DNA from: Octopus sinensis
Lineage: Eukaryota
Direction of reading: 5' to 3'
Length of the DNA stretch: 64,000 nt
NCBI RefSeq assembly: GCF_006345805.1
Contig: NC_043000.1
Location: 68,014,001 to 68,078,000 of the forward strand
The position numbers and the translations under genes were made by a program. Position 1 is the first letter of the stretch. The number at the start of each line of letters is the position of its first letter. Under the pieces are notes generated by a model that did no database searches, was not told where the DNA came from, and was given only the letters and a program-made list of their open reading frames with translations. This document shows, piece by piece, positions 11,922-24,490 of this stretch.

Positions 11922-12404
11922 TATATACACAAACAGTTTTTACAAGAGGTAGCAGTTTGCATATATGCACTGCTGGTTCAAAAAACTAGCTGAAACAGAA
12001 AACCTGACAACTGAGTGCTGCTCTTATGGAAACAAATCGCAAGCACAAGTTACCATTTGTTTCTATCATTGAACAGCTAATCACAGGGATGATTCCTGGT
12101 ACTTAAATCAGAACATGCTATTGTAAAAGTCATCAAAATCATATACTTGAAGTAGGGTACAAGACAGAGTGAATAAAGATCTGGGATTATCCATTTCTAC
12201 TTCTTGCCTTATTAATAAAAATATTTGTTGGCTTAATTTGATAAGAAAGGCAATTTGTGGCCTTCATAGCTCCTCTGAGACTGCAAGAATCATAGCAGTT
12301 AATGTTCTTCTAAATAATTGTAAGTTAGCAGCCATACGTAAAACATAGGCAAAGAACTGAGATTTTAAGAGAAAGGACTGGACTTAGTAGTTAGTATGGA
12401 TTCG

Positions 12405-12501
12405 GTGGTGGAGTGGAACACAATATGACTGATGAGTGAGACAAAAGTGGTGGAATGGAACACAATATGACTGATGAGTAAGACAAAAGTGGTGGAATGG
12501 A
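12405..12501. repeat. 42-bp tandem repeat, ~2.3 units
   Basis: GTGGTGGA(G/A)TGGAACACAATATGACTGATGAGT(G/A)AGACAAAA at 12405 and 12447, partial at 12489. Confidence 0.85.
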
Positions 12502-13396
12502 TGCATCATAGAACCAACAAACTCTGAAAACCAGAGGCTGCTGCATTTACTGGTATTAGAGAAAATAGAGTGGAGTAGATTGAGCTCATCAAACTGACTT
12601 GTTTCCTGACAACTACAGTAATGATAAATCTTTCAATATAAACCTAACAATTTATTTTTCTTGGAAGTTTATATCTACTTTAATTGATGCAATGTGTGTC
12701 AAACTTTAGTCACATTTTCTTTAATCCTTTAGCATTTACCCAACCATATTTGATTCATATATTCTACCTGTTTTATGTTCAAACTAACCAGATCCTGTCT
12801 CTCACACTTACCTTACAAAGTCATTTTAAAAATAATCTTACACATCACCAAAATCTAGAAACTGTGAGATAATACATGATTAATTCTAAACAATGTGAAT
12901 AAATTAGTATTACATTTGACATAATCTGAATGCTAAAGTGTTAAAATTCATTCAGTGGAAATTTTGTTTTTGATATAGTGTGCATGTATATATGTGCATG
13001 CACGCACGTGCGTGCGTGTGTGTGTGTGTGTATGTGTGCACGTGCGTGTGTGTGTAAAATATACAGAAATACATGGTTAGTTTAGCCACCAAATTTGAGT
13101 GAAAAATAACACAAAACAATGTGTTCTGTAAAAATATATTTATTATCAGAAGCAAATACAAAGGATGAATAATACATACATACATACACATATACATCAG
13201 TGTATAATACAATCTTTTAGTCTTAAAAAATCTCCTTAAATTATGGTGCCGTCTAATACACCAGGTATAAAAGGTGGACTTTTATGACCTGTAATGTACT
13301 ACATGAAATTGTTAGCTTGGCTATTGGCTGACATGACTAACACTTGTCTTAAAAACTAGATATATGCCCAGCCATCTTATACACCAGTACATATGG

Positions 13397-13427
<31 letters not shown>

Positions 13428-13618
13428 GAAAGTAGAGAGAGATACAGAGAATTGCTTTTGCAGAAAGAGATCTGTTGAAAGCAGAGTTATTTTATTTCAA
13501 GAGACAAGTGTTAAGCAATTTTAATAAAAAAAAGCGCAATGGAAGACAAAGTTACAATATGTACATGATAGTATATGGTTTACATAGTCATGGTATAGAG
13601 AGGACATTTTCATTGCAT

Positions 13619-13670
<52 letters not shown>

Positions 13671-14061
13671 TCTTATTGATGATTATATATCTTTTTTATC
13701 AAATTCTTTCATATTTCAGAGCTATCATTATTAATCTCAAGACAAGAAATATTTTTGACATAGTTATAATTTGTAAAAGTGGTAGGTTTCTAAATTTCAG
13801 TTGGTCCTTTTCAAATGTTTCATAAACTATAACTAGGTCAATAAGATAGTCATATCAAGTTAATGATGTTTCTAGTCTTCTATGTAAGCAGATGAGAAGT
13901 ATGGGTGAGGGAGATCTGTCAGAGGTTTATGACTAATACATCAAATCCCTTTAAAAAAGGATTCCTTAAATTAAACATTTCATTTTGCAATGGAAAAGTT
14001 TTAGTCTATATAGAAATAGAATAACTGTGTGTGTGTGTGTATATATATATACATACATATA

Positions 14062-14093
<32 letters not shown>

Positions 14094-16516
14094 GGGGTTA
14101 TTTAATATCTCATGATGATATAAGCTTCTAAACCTTTATAAATCTAACAGAGAAAAATAAAAGAAGAAAGAAGGAAGATCTTTCTTATATGAACTGAAAG
14201 AGAAAGAAATGAAATGCAATAAGTTCCATTACAGTGTAATGGCATTTAGAAATGGTTTCTGACTAATATAGAATGAATGGATGAAGTCAGTCCTGAACAA
14301 CTAAATTTCTAATTGTAAAGCAACAATATGAAATATCTGAACAGATTTAAAGGATTTCTCACAGACATTCATAAGAGAGGAAATATAAAACTAAGACATG
14401 GATTCAATGAAAGTGAAGGAATTCTGATTGGAAATTGAAAAGAGCATCATTGTATGACAAAGAATATATTCATTTCCCTTTATGAGCTCTGCTGAACCTA
14501 AATGTAATTTACTTGGAGTATACAAATTCTTTAAATACCCAGACAGTGCTTCAACAATATCCTGTTTTACACTCTGCTGCTAGATTCTCTCTGAAAGCAC
14601 TTATGTCACAATAGTAACCTTGGAAACAAATCCAAGAGGTCGCTGTAACAGGAAATTATGGACTAAAAAAACCCAGCCACACAATCAAAATATGTTTTTG
14701 ATACAAGATTCTTTATCAAGGAAACATGAAAAAGCTTCAATATATTTTGTATGTGATGTTGTTTATTGGTTAGTAATTTTGAACAATTACATTGTGGTAG
14801 CATAATATTAATTACTTATTAATTACTAACATTGACACAAGGCCACATATTTCCAGAGAAGAAATATGGTCAATTTGGTTAATGATAGTATATTACTGGT
14901 ACCTGTTTTCTTGATGGATAAATGACAAAATCAAGTCAGGCAGTACTTGAAATCAAAACACAAAGAGGCACAACTGAATTGCCCATACCACTCCCCATGC
15001 TCATCATCATATTTTAATATCTTCACTGCAGTTAAAAGTTATGAAAGTCATTCAATCATCTATATTAGTGAAATTTAACTTTATCTGTTTGGTTTCTTAC
15101 ACTTTATAAATCTCAAATGAATATATGATTTTTTTTTCATGCAAAAAAGCTTATGGAAAATGAAATTAAAAAAAAAAGGTATTCTAAATAACTCAGTCAA
15201 CATTAATTAGAGGTGCACTGAGCAGTATATGAAATATAGGTGTGTACAATCATATTTAACATGTTCATGTACACTCAGATATAGAAAGGTGTACACTGCA
15301 GAAATTCTCTCAAGAGAAGAGATTCTCGTTTTCAATACACCATTTGGCTATGAATGATGTCATTGAAATGTAGGATGCATGTGGTTCTGCATCATTACAT
15401 CTCACCAGCTGCAGATACAGAGTCATTGTTCTTAGCCACTAAGAACTTGTTCTTACATTAGAATAACACATTTACAAGTGCTGATGTAAGAAGAGTTATA
15501 TCAAGCTGGAATTAATTACTCAGAGGTGGACTAAGTAGCAATAAATGAAATATAGATGTGTACAATCATATTTAACAAGTTTGTGTACACTCACGCCTGG
15601 TCAGACATATGGTGCCCAATGGTTGTTTTTCACACATATTGTCTACAAGGAGAATTTCTTTCTTTCCAGACGTTTTCTGCTATGTATGTCTTACTTTATC
15701 CAAGTGTACACAAACATTACATATAACATTACACACCTATAATTCAGTCAACAGCTGCTGTCCCTAATCCAGTCCAGATTGAGCAGCACTCTGATCATTA
15801 TTGTCCTGTCACTAATAGGAATGTATTTCAATGCAGCCTTTAAGATGACAGGATGTAATTTAAGGGAGATTTGGTTGCTATTACTAGCAAGTCCAACTAC
15901 TACATAGAGGCTGTCTTGGTTCTTTCAACTGTTGGTGAGAAGCATTAATCTAAATACACAAAAGAACTATATGAAAAAATCACAGGTTATTATTTCATTA
16001 AATATAAATCTAAAATGAACCATTGTATATATTATATAAAATGCTGAATTTTCAGGTTAGAAATTTAAGTCAATAGTATAAAAAAATCATTGTTTTAAAT
16101 GACTTTTTTGTTATTTTTTTTGTGTCCAAATTTAAAGAAACAAAAGTAAAACTAGTTAAAATGACATCTTTATAAGTTATTTTTAACTTATTCTAATTTC
16201 AAACATCAACAGCAGAACCACAATACATCTAAAGGTTATTTGGGAAGCTTATTTTTTTTCATATGAAAGTTGATAATTTATAGTTGCTGTTAAATCTTCA
16301 TCCATAGAATTATAAATGTATTTCATTTTTCTTTTTGTGTGTAATGGAAACTTATAAAGAAATGTAGTTTACAGTATAACAGGATTGACTGCTTCAACTT
16401 AGACACCAGCTTTGTCAGATACCAATGTAGAATAATACATGATGTAAAGAAGAATTTTGCCCATAGGTGTGTATATCATGATTGGTGCGATATCATGGTT
16501 GGTTTTCTCCTCATAC

Positions 16517-16602
16517 TTCATAGACATTCAGTTTGGCACATAAATCAGGTGCTGAAGTTATGATTGGCTTTGAAGGAGATGAAGGAACTAGCCTTGGTAC
16601 AT
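16517..16602 (-). CDS. Candidate 86-nt coding exon
   Basis: Acceptor (TTA)nTTGCAG, donor GAA|GTATGA. Single open frame VPRLVPSSPSKPIITSAPDLCAKLNVYE. Confidence 0.33.
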
Positions 16603-16780
16603 CTGCAATAATAATAATAATAAGAAGAAGAAGAAGAAGAAGAAGAAAGTTTTGTTTTATTTATGCAAATAAAAACCAATGGGATCTTTTTAAAACCTTT
16701 TTCTATTACTCAAATGAAAAATAATTGAATCTAAAAAAATTTTTTTTCAAACTTATTACATTCAAGCAAAAAAAATAATT

Positions 16781-16975
16781 TATGAATTTCTTTCTCTTCG
16801 AAAGTCCTCTCCCCACCCACTAGGAAAAAATTTTCCCTGCAAATGTCTTTATTAACGTAATCTATGCCTCTTGAAAGGTATCTATATAAAATTTCATTAA
16901 AAGATATCCATTTACCTAGAAGTTAGGAGGGAAAAAATCAGATCTTGTGAATTTTCCGAAAGTCCTCCACACCCC
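16781..16975. repeat. Sub-repeat fragment of the DNA-element family at 23590-24490
   Basis: TTGAAAGGTAT.TATATAAAATTTCATTAAAAGAT...AAGTTA...GATCTTGTGAATTTTCCGAAAGTCCTC shared with 24247-24480. Confidence 0.7.
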
Positions 16976-17050
16976 AGGATTGTTGGTGCATATTTTAGTT
17001 TTCATATTCACTTAATGCACATTTTTTTTTACACCAACTACACTTGTTTG

Positions 17051-17871
17051 GGATCTAGTTGGTTTGGCTACCAGCATTTCAACAATTAAAGTTTATTGAA
17101 AATTTTAAAATTTGGCGCAATGATATACTTTTCCAAGATGAATTGCTTGCGTTATTTCACTTTTTCCAGAAAAATATTTTTAAAATGTTATAGAGGTTTA
17201 AAATCTGATAATTTTCACCCAATCAGGAGACAGGATTTGGAAGCTGTGTGTGGCTGCATATTTTGTCCTCAACATCCTGAAAATAGCACGTGTTGTCAAT
17301 ATTTGTAAACAACACGTATTTCATAGTTTGAAGCATTCACTATGCATTTAATGCAATAGCATGAACTTAAAATATTGATCCAAAAAACATTATTTAGCTG
17401 TTATTTTTAGTACACCTCACAACCACCTCAATGACAAAAAGAAATGAGTAAACAAGTAGTTTTAAGCATATTGATGCATGTAATGCAAATGCGATGAAAA
17501 ACACATTACAAATTTTAAATTTTAAAAAAAACAAGCATTTTGTTAACCAGTTCATAAATTCACATGCTCAATTGTCAACAGATAGGTAAAACAAGTGGTT
17601 TCAATATATTTGTCAATACGTGCCTTCTTGCAGACAAAAGAGTTCTCATGTTCCGCTTGTTATTATGAAAACAGGCATGAATGTGTCTGTGGCTTACGAC
17701 TGGCTAAAATTAACAAAATTTTCAAACTTTAATTGCTAATAATTCTTTATTTATTGAGTTATAGAGAAAATGATTTGTGCGTCATTCATCAGCCTACAAA
17801 GGTGTAGCATTACACTGAATATGATATCAATTCAATCAGAATTGATGCTGGCAGCCAAACCAACTAGATCT
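17051..17871. mobile_element. TIR element (MITE), ~820 bp
   Basis: GATCTAGTTGGTTTGGCT(A/G)CCAGCAT at both ends in inverted orientation. Flanks CTTGTTTG / CTTGTGCA may be a decayed 8-bp TSD. Confidence 0.7.
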
Positions 17872-18892
17872 CTTGTGCATTTTTGTTTTGATGACTGGGA
17901 GTAAACATTAACCTATTAATTTCATTTTATTATAATAATGATTTCTGTAAGGTCCACTAAGGTGTCAGATGAAGGAAATTACAAGGACAAATTTACTAAA
18001 ATAATGGTGAAGTTTAAAAAAAAAAAAACTGATAGAAAGAAATGAAAATAAAGCGATGTGTGTTCGTATGCGCATGTCCCAATAATGATTTCAAATCTGG
18101 CACAGTACCATAAGTTTTTGAGGATTAATGTAGTCAATTTCAGTACTTCATTGGTATTTAATTTTATTGACTCTTGAATGATAAATGACTAATTCAACAT
18201 CGACGGGATTCGAACTTATGACACAAAGAAATGTAATTCACCGCATAGCATTCTGTCTGTATAGACATCCCTCACTTAATGAAAGCGTTGTATTCCTGAA
18301 AATCTTAATAAAACAAGGAATTCAGTAATACAAAACCTATTTTCAAGTTGACTTCAATGATAACAAGAAAGTCAGTGACAAATATGTCTCGCATTATGGA
18401 ACACTATGCTTTGGCAATATTTTTACAGATGGGACTCTTCTGTAACATGAGAGAATCTGTATTTGAAGTGGAAACATAAATACCACAAGGAATTTATCTT
18501 CCCTCGAACAGTTTTGCTCACCACTGCCCTTTAAATTTTGGTGTTTAAAGTTTTATTTTCATTCTACAATTAATTTCAACAGAAATATGTTGTATTTTAT
18601 AACCTAGCTGTCCTGTTTCATGGAGATTAAGCAATAAGGGGGTTAATGTTTAACATAATGATTTTTAATGTTGTCACAAGGCTACATATAGTGGGAGAGA
18701 AGATGGGGTCAGGTCAGTTAGCTTAATAGACTGTACGTCCCATTTTAATGACTTGTAGTATTTGGTTACAGCTTTTCACCTCAGTTCATTGCTACCAGAC
18801 TCAGCTTTTCCTTTCATCTTTTGCGAATCGATCATCTATCCCTTGCTCATAAAAAGAACTAAGGCGAAATTAAAAAATATGTACACCCTGTG

Positions 18893-19008
18893 TTTAGGGT
18901 TAGGGTTAAGGTTTATGGTTAAAGGTTAGGGTTAGGGTTTAAGGTTTTAAGGTTAGGGTCAGGATTAGGGTTAGGGTTTAGGGCTAGGATTAGGGTTAGG
19001 GTTAGGGT
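18893..19008 (+). repeat. Degenerate interstitial (TTAGGG)n array
   Basis: About 18 units of TTAGGG and variants (TTAAGG, CTAGGA). Confidence 0.9.
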
Positions 19009-20104
19009 TTTTGTTACGCTGAAAACAGATGGTGTATGTATTCTTTACCTCCACCAGAACTAATGTAGGCATACCTACATAAGTGTGCCCACTGACTTTG
19101 TTTCCTCATAACTTTAAGAAAAATGGGAGTTTTAATGAAATTTTCAGATGGTGAAGATTACAATTATATGGAATTTTATGTGAAAAAAAAATATCTACAC
19201 CATCTAGAAGTTATTTATACAAAATTTCATTACAAAGTGTCCTTTTTTTCTGAATGTTATGAGGAAACAAAAGTCAGCAGAAGGAATGGAGTCATAGTTG
19301 TGTTGATACGCACAAATATTTGTGGTATTGGGTCAACATTGGAAATAATTTTAAGGTATTTTAATACTTCTCATTTTGCTGTTGTCATTGTTTGGCAAGT
19401 CACCTGATCCAAAACATGTGGTGAAACTGGAACAAAATTACATCGTGGTTCTGATGTTAAACACACACATACACATACACACACACACACCGTGCATGCC
19501 TTACATTCATTTTTGTTTTATTTCATTATAGTAAATGGATCTCCATTGATTTAAGCTATAAGTATTTAATTTGATCAGCCGATTACCTACATTCCACAGA
19601 CATTGTGAGTTTTTAATGTAATTTTCAAGCTGAATCTGTGTGACACAGTGTAAAGATGGACTTCCCACTTACAAGTGCAATCCATGGATGGGTTTCTTAG
19701 AGATTCCATCAACCCAAACCCAAAGTGATTCTGAAGTGAATTATTTAACCATTTCCATACTCTGCTCTTAATCATATCAAATATTGTACTATATTTAAGT
19801 TAGTTGACAAAATTCCATTACATCCTATACAGATGCGGTAGAATTGTGTAAGTGACCAAGTCACAGATGAGAAGCGAAAGTGCTACTTTATAGGATACAA
19901 TAAATACTATTAGAGTATAAAACAGTGTAAATATCAAAATCGTTGTTAAATAAATTGATAGTTATTTTTGTCAAAACTATTTTTGACCAATACATTGCAC
20001 GTGGTTCAGAGAGGAATGGAGTAAATAGCTTATATTTAGTCTGATGGAGGTTAACGTATAGTTAAGCCTGATAATGACAAATTTTGTCAAGAAAGACATG
20101 GGAG

Positions 20105-20941
20105 GGATCTTTTCCTTTTGAACGGCAGTTTTCAACACAATTTCTAGTTAACTAAACACTTTTAAACTTCGTATACTGGTAGAATGTGTTTATAAAACAT
20201 CATTTTTTCTTGGCTTTATTGAGAAAATTCTATATGTTGTAACATATTTCGACTTTAATTTCAAGCTTTTCGGCAATTTTAACCAATCACTGACCTCCAT
20301 TTGGGGTGAAAACATTCCGTGCTGTATGAATATGTCCCTCGTTTAAGAAACAGATTGGGTTTATTTACATTTGCGAAGAAAAAAAGATACCCTTCCCCCA
20401 CCCCTAACCCTAACCATAACTCTAACCCTAGCCCTAAAATAGATCGAAATGCAATAGATCAATACTAGGGTTATAATTATGGGTGACAATTTCATTTGAC
20501 ACCGCTACGGAAAATGGAATTTTTTTCTAGCAGTGTCAAATGAAATTGTCACCTATAATTATAACCCTAGTATCGATCTATTGCATTTCAATCTATTTTA
20601 GGTTTAGAGTTATGGTTAGGGTTAGGGTTAGAGTTAGGGTTAGGGTTGGAGGTAGGGTATCTTTTTTTCTTCGCAAATGTAAATAAACCCAATCTGTTTC
20701 TTAAATGAAGGACATATTCATACAGCATGGAATGTTTTCACCCCAAATGGAGGTCAGCGATTGGTTAAAATTGCCGAAATGCTCAAAATTAAAGTTGAAA
20801 TATGTTACAACATATAGAATTTTCTCAATAAAGCCAAGAAAAATTATGTTTTATAAACACATTCTACCAGCATATGAAGTTTAAAAGTGTTTAGTTAACT
20901 AGAAATTGTGTTGAAAACTGCCGTTCAAAAGGAAATGATCC
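20105..20941. mobile_element. Foldback MITE, 837 bp, ~405-bp arms containing telomere-type repeats
   Basis: Arms 20105-20507 and 20528-20941 are ~95% reverse-complement identical. Termini GGATC..GATCC. Perfect 8-bp TSD CATGGGAG (20097-20104 and 20942-20949). Confidence 0.92.
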
Positions 20942-21206
20942 CATGGGAGAAATCTCCAAAATCTATACACACATTTGTACATACACATACATACATACAT
21001 ACATACATATATAAATATATATATATATATACGCACACACAAACACATATACATGCATACATATATATTTATATGTACTTTATATAAATATATGTTTACA
21101 TACATACATACATACATATATACATGTGTATATATATATATGTGTGTGTGTATGTATGTACGTATACAATAAATACATACATACACACATATATATATAT
21201 ATATAT

Positions 21207-21597
21207 CTCTTTCTCTTTTACTTGTTTCAGTCATTTGACTGCGGCCATGCTGGAGCACCGCCTTTAGTCGAGCAAATCGACCCCAGAACTTATTCTTTGT
21301 AAGCCCAGTACTTATTCTATCGGTCTCTTTTGCCGAACCGCCAAGTGACGGGGACGTAAACACACCAGCATCGGTTGTCAGGCAATGCTAGGGAGACAAA
21401 CACAGACACAACACACACATATATATATACATATATACGACAGGCTTCTTTCAGTTTCCGTCTACCAAATCCACTCACAAGGCATTGGTCGGCCGGGGCT
21501 ATAGCAGAAGACACTTGCCCAAGATGCCACGCAGTGGGACTGAACCCGGAACCATGTGGTTGGTTAGCAAGCTACTTACCACACAGCCACTCCTGCG

Positions 21598-21598
<1 letters not shown>
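21207..21598 (-). mobile_element. Full-length family-D (CORE-like) tRNA-derived SINE
   Basis: Head GCGCAGGAGTGGCTGTGTGGTAAG, GGTTCCGGGTTCAGTCCC B-box region, CTTGGGCAAGTGTCTTCT CORE-like block, tail GACTGAAACAAGTAAAAG. Confidence 0.9.
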
Positions 21599-21643
<45 letters not shown>

Positions 21644-21667
21644 TATATACATCATATATAATATATA

Positions 21668-22037
21668 TACTAGCACTTTGACCCGGCAACGCCGGGTCAT
21701 AGTGCTAGTGCATGCATATAACAGCTGCGTGCGCACTCACACGCGAGTACTGTCCAAATCTCCGACCAATCACATACAGCTAGCTGGCATTCAATTGGCG
21801 TATCAAGTTTCGGGCATTTTGACTGGGTTTTGGATAGAAAATTCACAAAAAAGTAACTTCTATTGATTTTTTAATGGCTTTGCGGGGTGACTGGGGAAAT
21901 GTAAAGATGTGCACGACCACCCTTTGACGGTTTTGAATGACCATAGAAAGTGCGAACCCTCTAACTGAAAAATTGGGAATTTGTATAAAGGATACACACA
22001 CACACAGACAGACATTTTGCCGTTTATATATATAGAT
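21668..22037 (+). mobile_element. Non-autonomous Helitron/Helentron-type element (Lep1-like architecture)
   Basis: 5' TACTAGC with a 19-bp hairpin (ACTAGCACTTTGACCCGGC-AAC-GCCGGGTCATAGTGCTAGT). 3' (CA)n/ACAG microsatellite followed by TTTATATATATAGAT. Confidence 0.75.
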
Positions 22038-22830
22038 ATATATACACACATACGCACACATATTTATGTACAGATATATACATACACACACATATTTATA
22101 TACGTATACACACACAGGCGCGCGCGCACACACCACACACACACACACATGTAAACGTAATACAAACAGCCAAATAGATACAGATAACTGCATTTACAAG
22201 CATTCCCACATTCCTACACCTTTGTATTATGTAAACACACACAGACACACAGATGTACACATTCTTTCAAAGAGACTTTATTCATGTGTTCACATACATG
22301 CGTACTTAAGCATAAAGTAGGCTTGTTTAGGCAAGCAAGCAGAAGGATTAACGATATTTACAAAGATGCTGGCTGTTATCAATGAATTGAAAATCACCTA
22401 TTTATAAAGCAAATAAAACCACGCGCGCACACATACACACACACACAAAATCTTACGTAAACACATTCAGTAGTTGCTTTACTCAGTGTTAGTCAATGAA
22501 TGAAAGGGGCTTGTGGTTAATAGGCCGATGAGAAAGAACAACCATATTTTACACATTTAACCCTTTCTCTGGTAAAGGACATACTAGATAAGATAGAAGG
22601 TGTTCTCGGTACATTGTTCTCTGCCCATGAAAAGAATAGGATGACCACGGATGGAATTTCTTACACCGTATGTTAAGATCAAGGGCGACCTGGGGGTTAA
22701 AACAACACCGAAAACAACCATGAAGGAGACTGCGTTTATTCGAAGTGCTAGAAATAACAACCAAATTTCCAACAAATCACGCACCATAAGATAATAAGAT
22801 AGAGGACACTCAACAAAAGTTTATAATACA

Positions 22831-23168
22831 GGCGCAGGTGTGGCTGTGTGATAAGAAGTTTGCTTCCCAACCACATGGTTCCATGTTCACTCTCACTGCG
22901 TGGCACTCACAAAGCTTTGATCAGCCCGGAGCGTACGTGTGAGTCTTTGACAACCGGTGTTGGTTTGCTTACGTCACCGTAACTTAGTGGTTCGATCAAA
23001 ACAAAAAAAAAACACAAAACAAAACAAAACAAAAAAAAGAAAACGACAGAATAAGTAGCAGACTTGAATAGAAAAATGCTGGTCAATTCATTCGACTAAA
23101 ACGTTTCAAGGCGGTGCTCCAGCATGGCCGCAGTCCAATTACTGAAACAAGTAAAAGATAAAAGATAA
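22831..23168 (+). mobile_element. Rearranged family-D SINE
   Basis: Typical head and tail; internal deletion plus a short inverted segment at ~22904-22932. Confidence 0.85.
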
Positions 23169-23346
23169 ATTTGGGCTGTATTCCAGGATTATAAATCGAC
23201 GCAGTATTTAACTGGTTCTTCATGTTAAAAAGCAAAGCGGATCTCATGTTTCAGAAATAAGTGGCTCTACGTTCAATGTTGGAAATCTTTATAATGCTAT
23301 GTTGGATCGCTGGACAAAATACTTTGTGATATTTAAGTTATATACT

Positions 23347-23545
23347 AAAGCGGCGAGCTGGCAGAGGGCAAAATGCTTAGCGGTATTTCGTCCATCTTTA
23401 TGCTCTGAGCTCAAATTCCGCCGAGGCCAACTCTCTTATCCTTTAGGAGACGATAAATTAAGTACGAGTTGAGCACTGGGCCGATGCAATCGACTTAGCT
23501 CTTTGTCCCCAAACTGCTGGCTTTGTGCCAAAGTTTGAAATCGCT
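23347..23545 (+). mobile_element. Family-A SINE
   Basis: GCGGCGAGCTGGCAGA...CAAATTCCGCCGAGG...GGCTTTGTGCCAAAGTTTGAAA. Confidence 0.88.
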
Positions 23546-23589
23546 ATTTAAGTTACGCTCCTTCACCATCTTATTTCAAATGCTGCTAG

Positions 23590-24490
23590 ATGTAACTTTG
23601 GTTAATGTTTACAATATTACCCGGAAACGAAATAACAAAAAAATAGTGCACGGGTGTAAGAAAAATGTGTAGGAAACGAATCTGGAAACAAAAATGCGCG
23701 GAAAGCAATGGGGGAGGGGGAGAGAGGACTTCGGAAAATTCACAAGATCCGAGGTTTTCGCCCATAACTTTGAGGAAAAGAAATGTCTTAATGAAATTGT
23801 ATATATAAATACCTTTCAAACGAGGTGCATTACGGGTGCCTAATGTGCCGTAAATCTCTTATTTTTGTTCGTAAAAAAGGAAGGGTGGGGAGCAAAAATG
23901 CGTTTTTGAGGGTGAGATGCGAAACTGCATTAGCCCCTTTTCTTTACCCATATCTTAAGATAACATTTTGCAGAAATACGTTTTCTAGAGTGTGGATTAC
24001 ACTAGACTGACAATTCAAACAAGTTTGAAAAGAATAATAAGTGAAAACGCTGAAGTTATAAAAATTAGTGGTAACGAAGTCTGGACAGGAGAGAGAAAGA
24101 ATGATACAAAATCCTTTGTGGCATATTCATTCCTAGAAAAAAAAAAAAAAAACATTTTCCAATAATTACGGTTTCTTCTTCCCGCCAACTTTTTCCGAAC
24201 AAAAATAAAGCGTTTGCGGCACATTAGGCATCCGTAATGCACCTCGTTTGAAAGGTATTTATATACAATTTCATTAAAAGATATTTATTTTCCTCAAAGT
24301 TATGGGCGAAAGCCTCGGATCTTGTGAATTTCCCGAAATCCTCTCCCCACCGCCTCGGAAAAGATTTTACCCACGAATTTCTTTATAACTGTAAAGTATG
24401 CTGTTTGAAAGGTATTTATATAAAATTTCATTAAAAAAAAAACATTTTCCTAAAAGTTATGAGGGAAAAACTCGGATCTTGTGAGTTGTT
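23590..24490. mobile_element. DNA-element remnant with ~165-bp sub-repeats in inverted and tandem arrangement
   Basis: 23711-23880 is the reverse complement of ~24185-24350. The unit recurs directly at ~24395-24483. Perfect 10-bp hairpin TTGATTATAC/GTATAATCAA near 24487-24513. Superfamily not determined. Confidence 0.6.

Noticed and set aside
18893-19008. True telomere or chromosome fusion site
   Set aside because: The arrays are short, degenerate and embedded in repeat-like sequence; those at 20.4-20.6 kb and 26.6 kb are clearly parts of TIR elements.
22584-22787. First coding exon with signal peptide (MVRDLLEIWLLFLAL..., donor GTAAGA)
   Set aside because: Plausible by position, but its phase does not join the 16602 candidate and hydrophobic ORFs arise easily in T-rich DNA. 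Not enough support.
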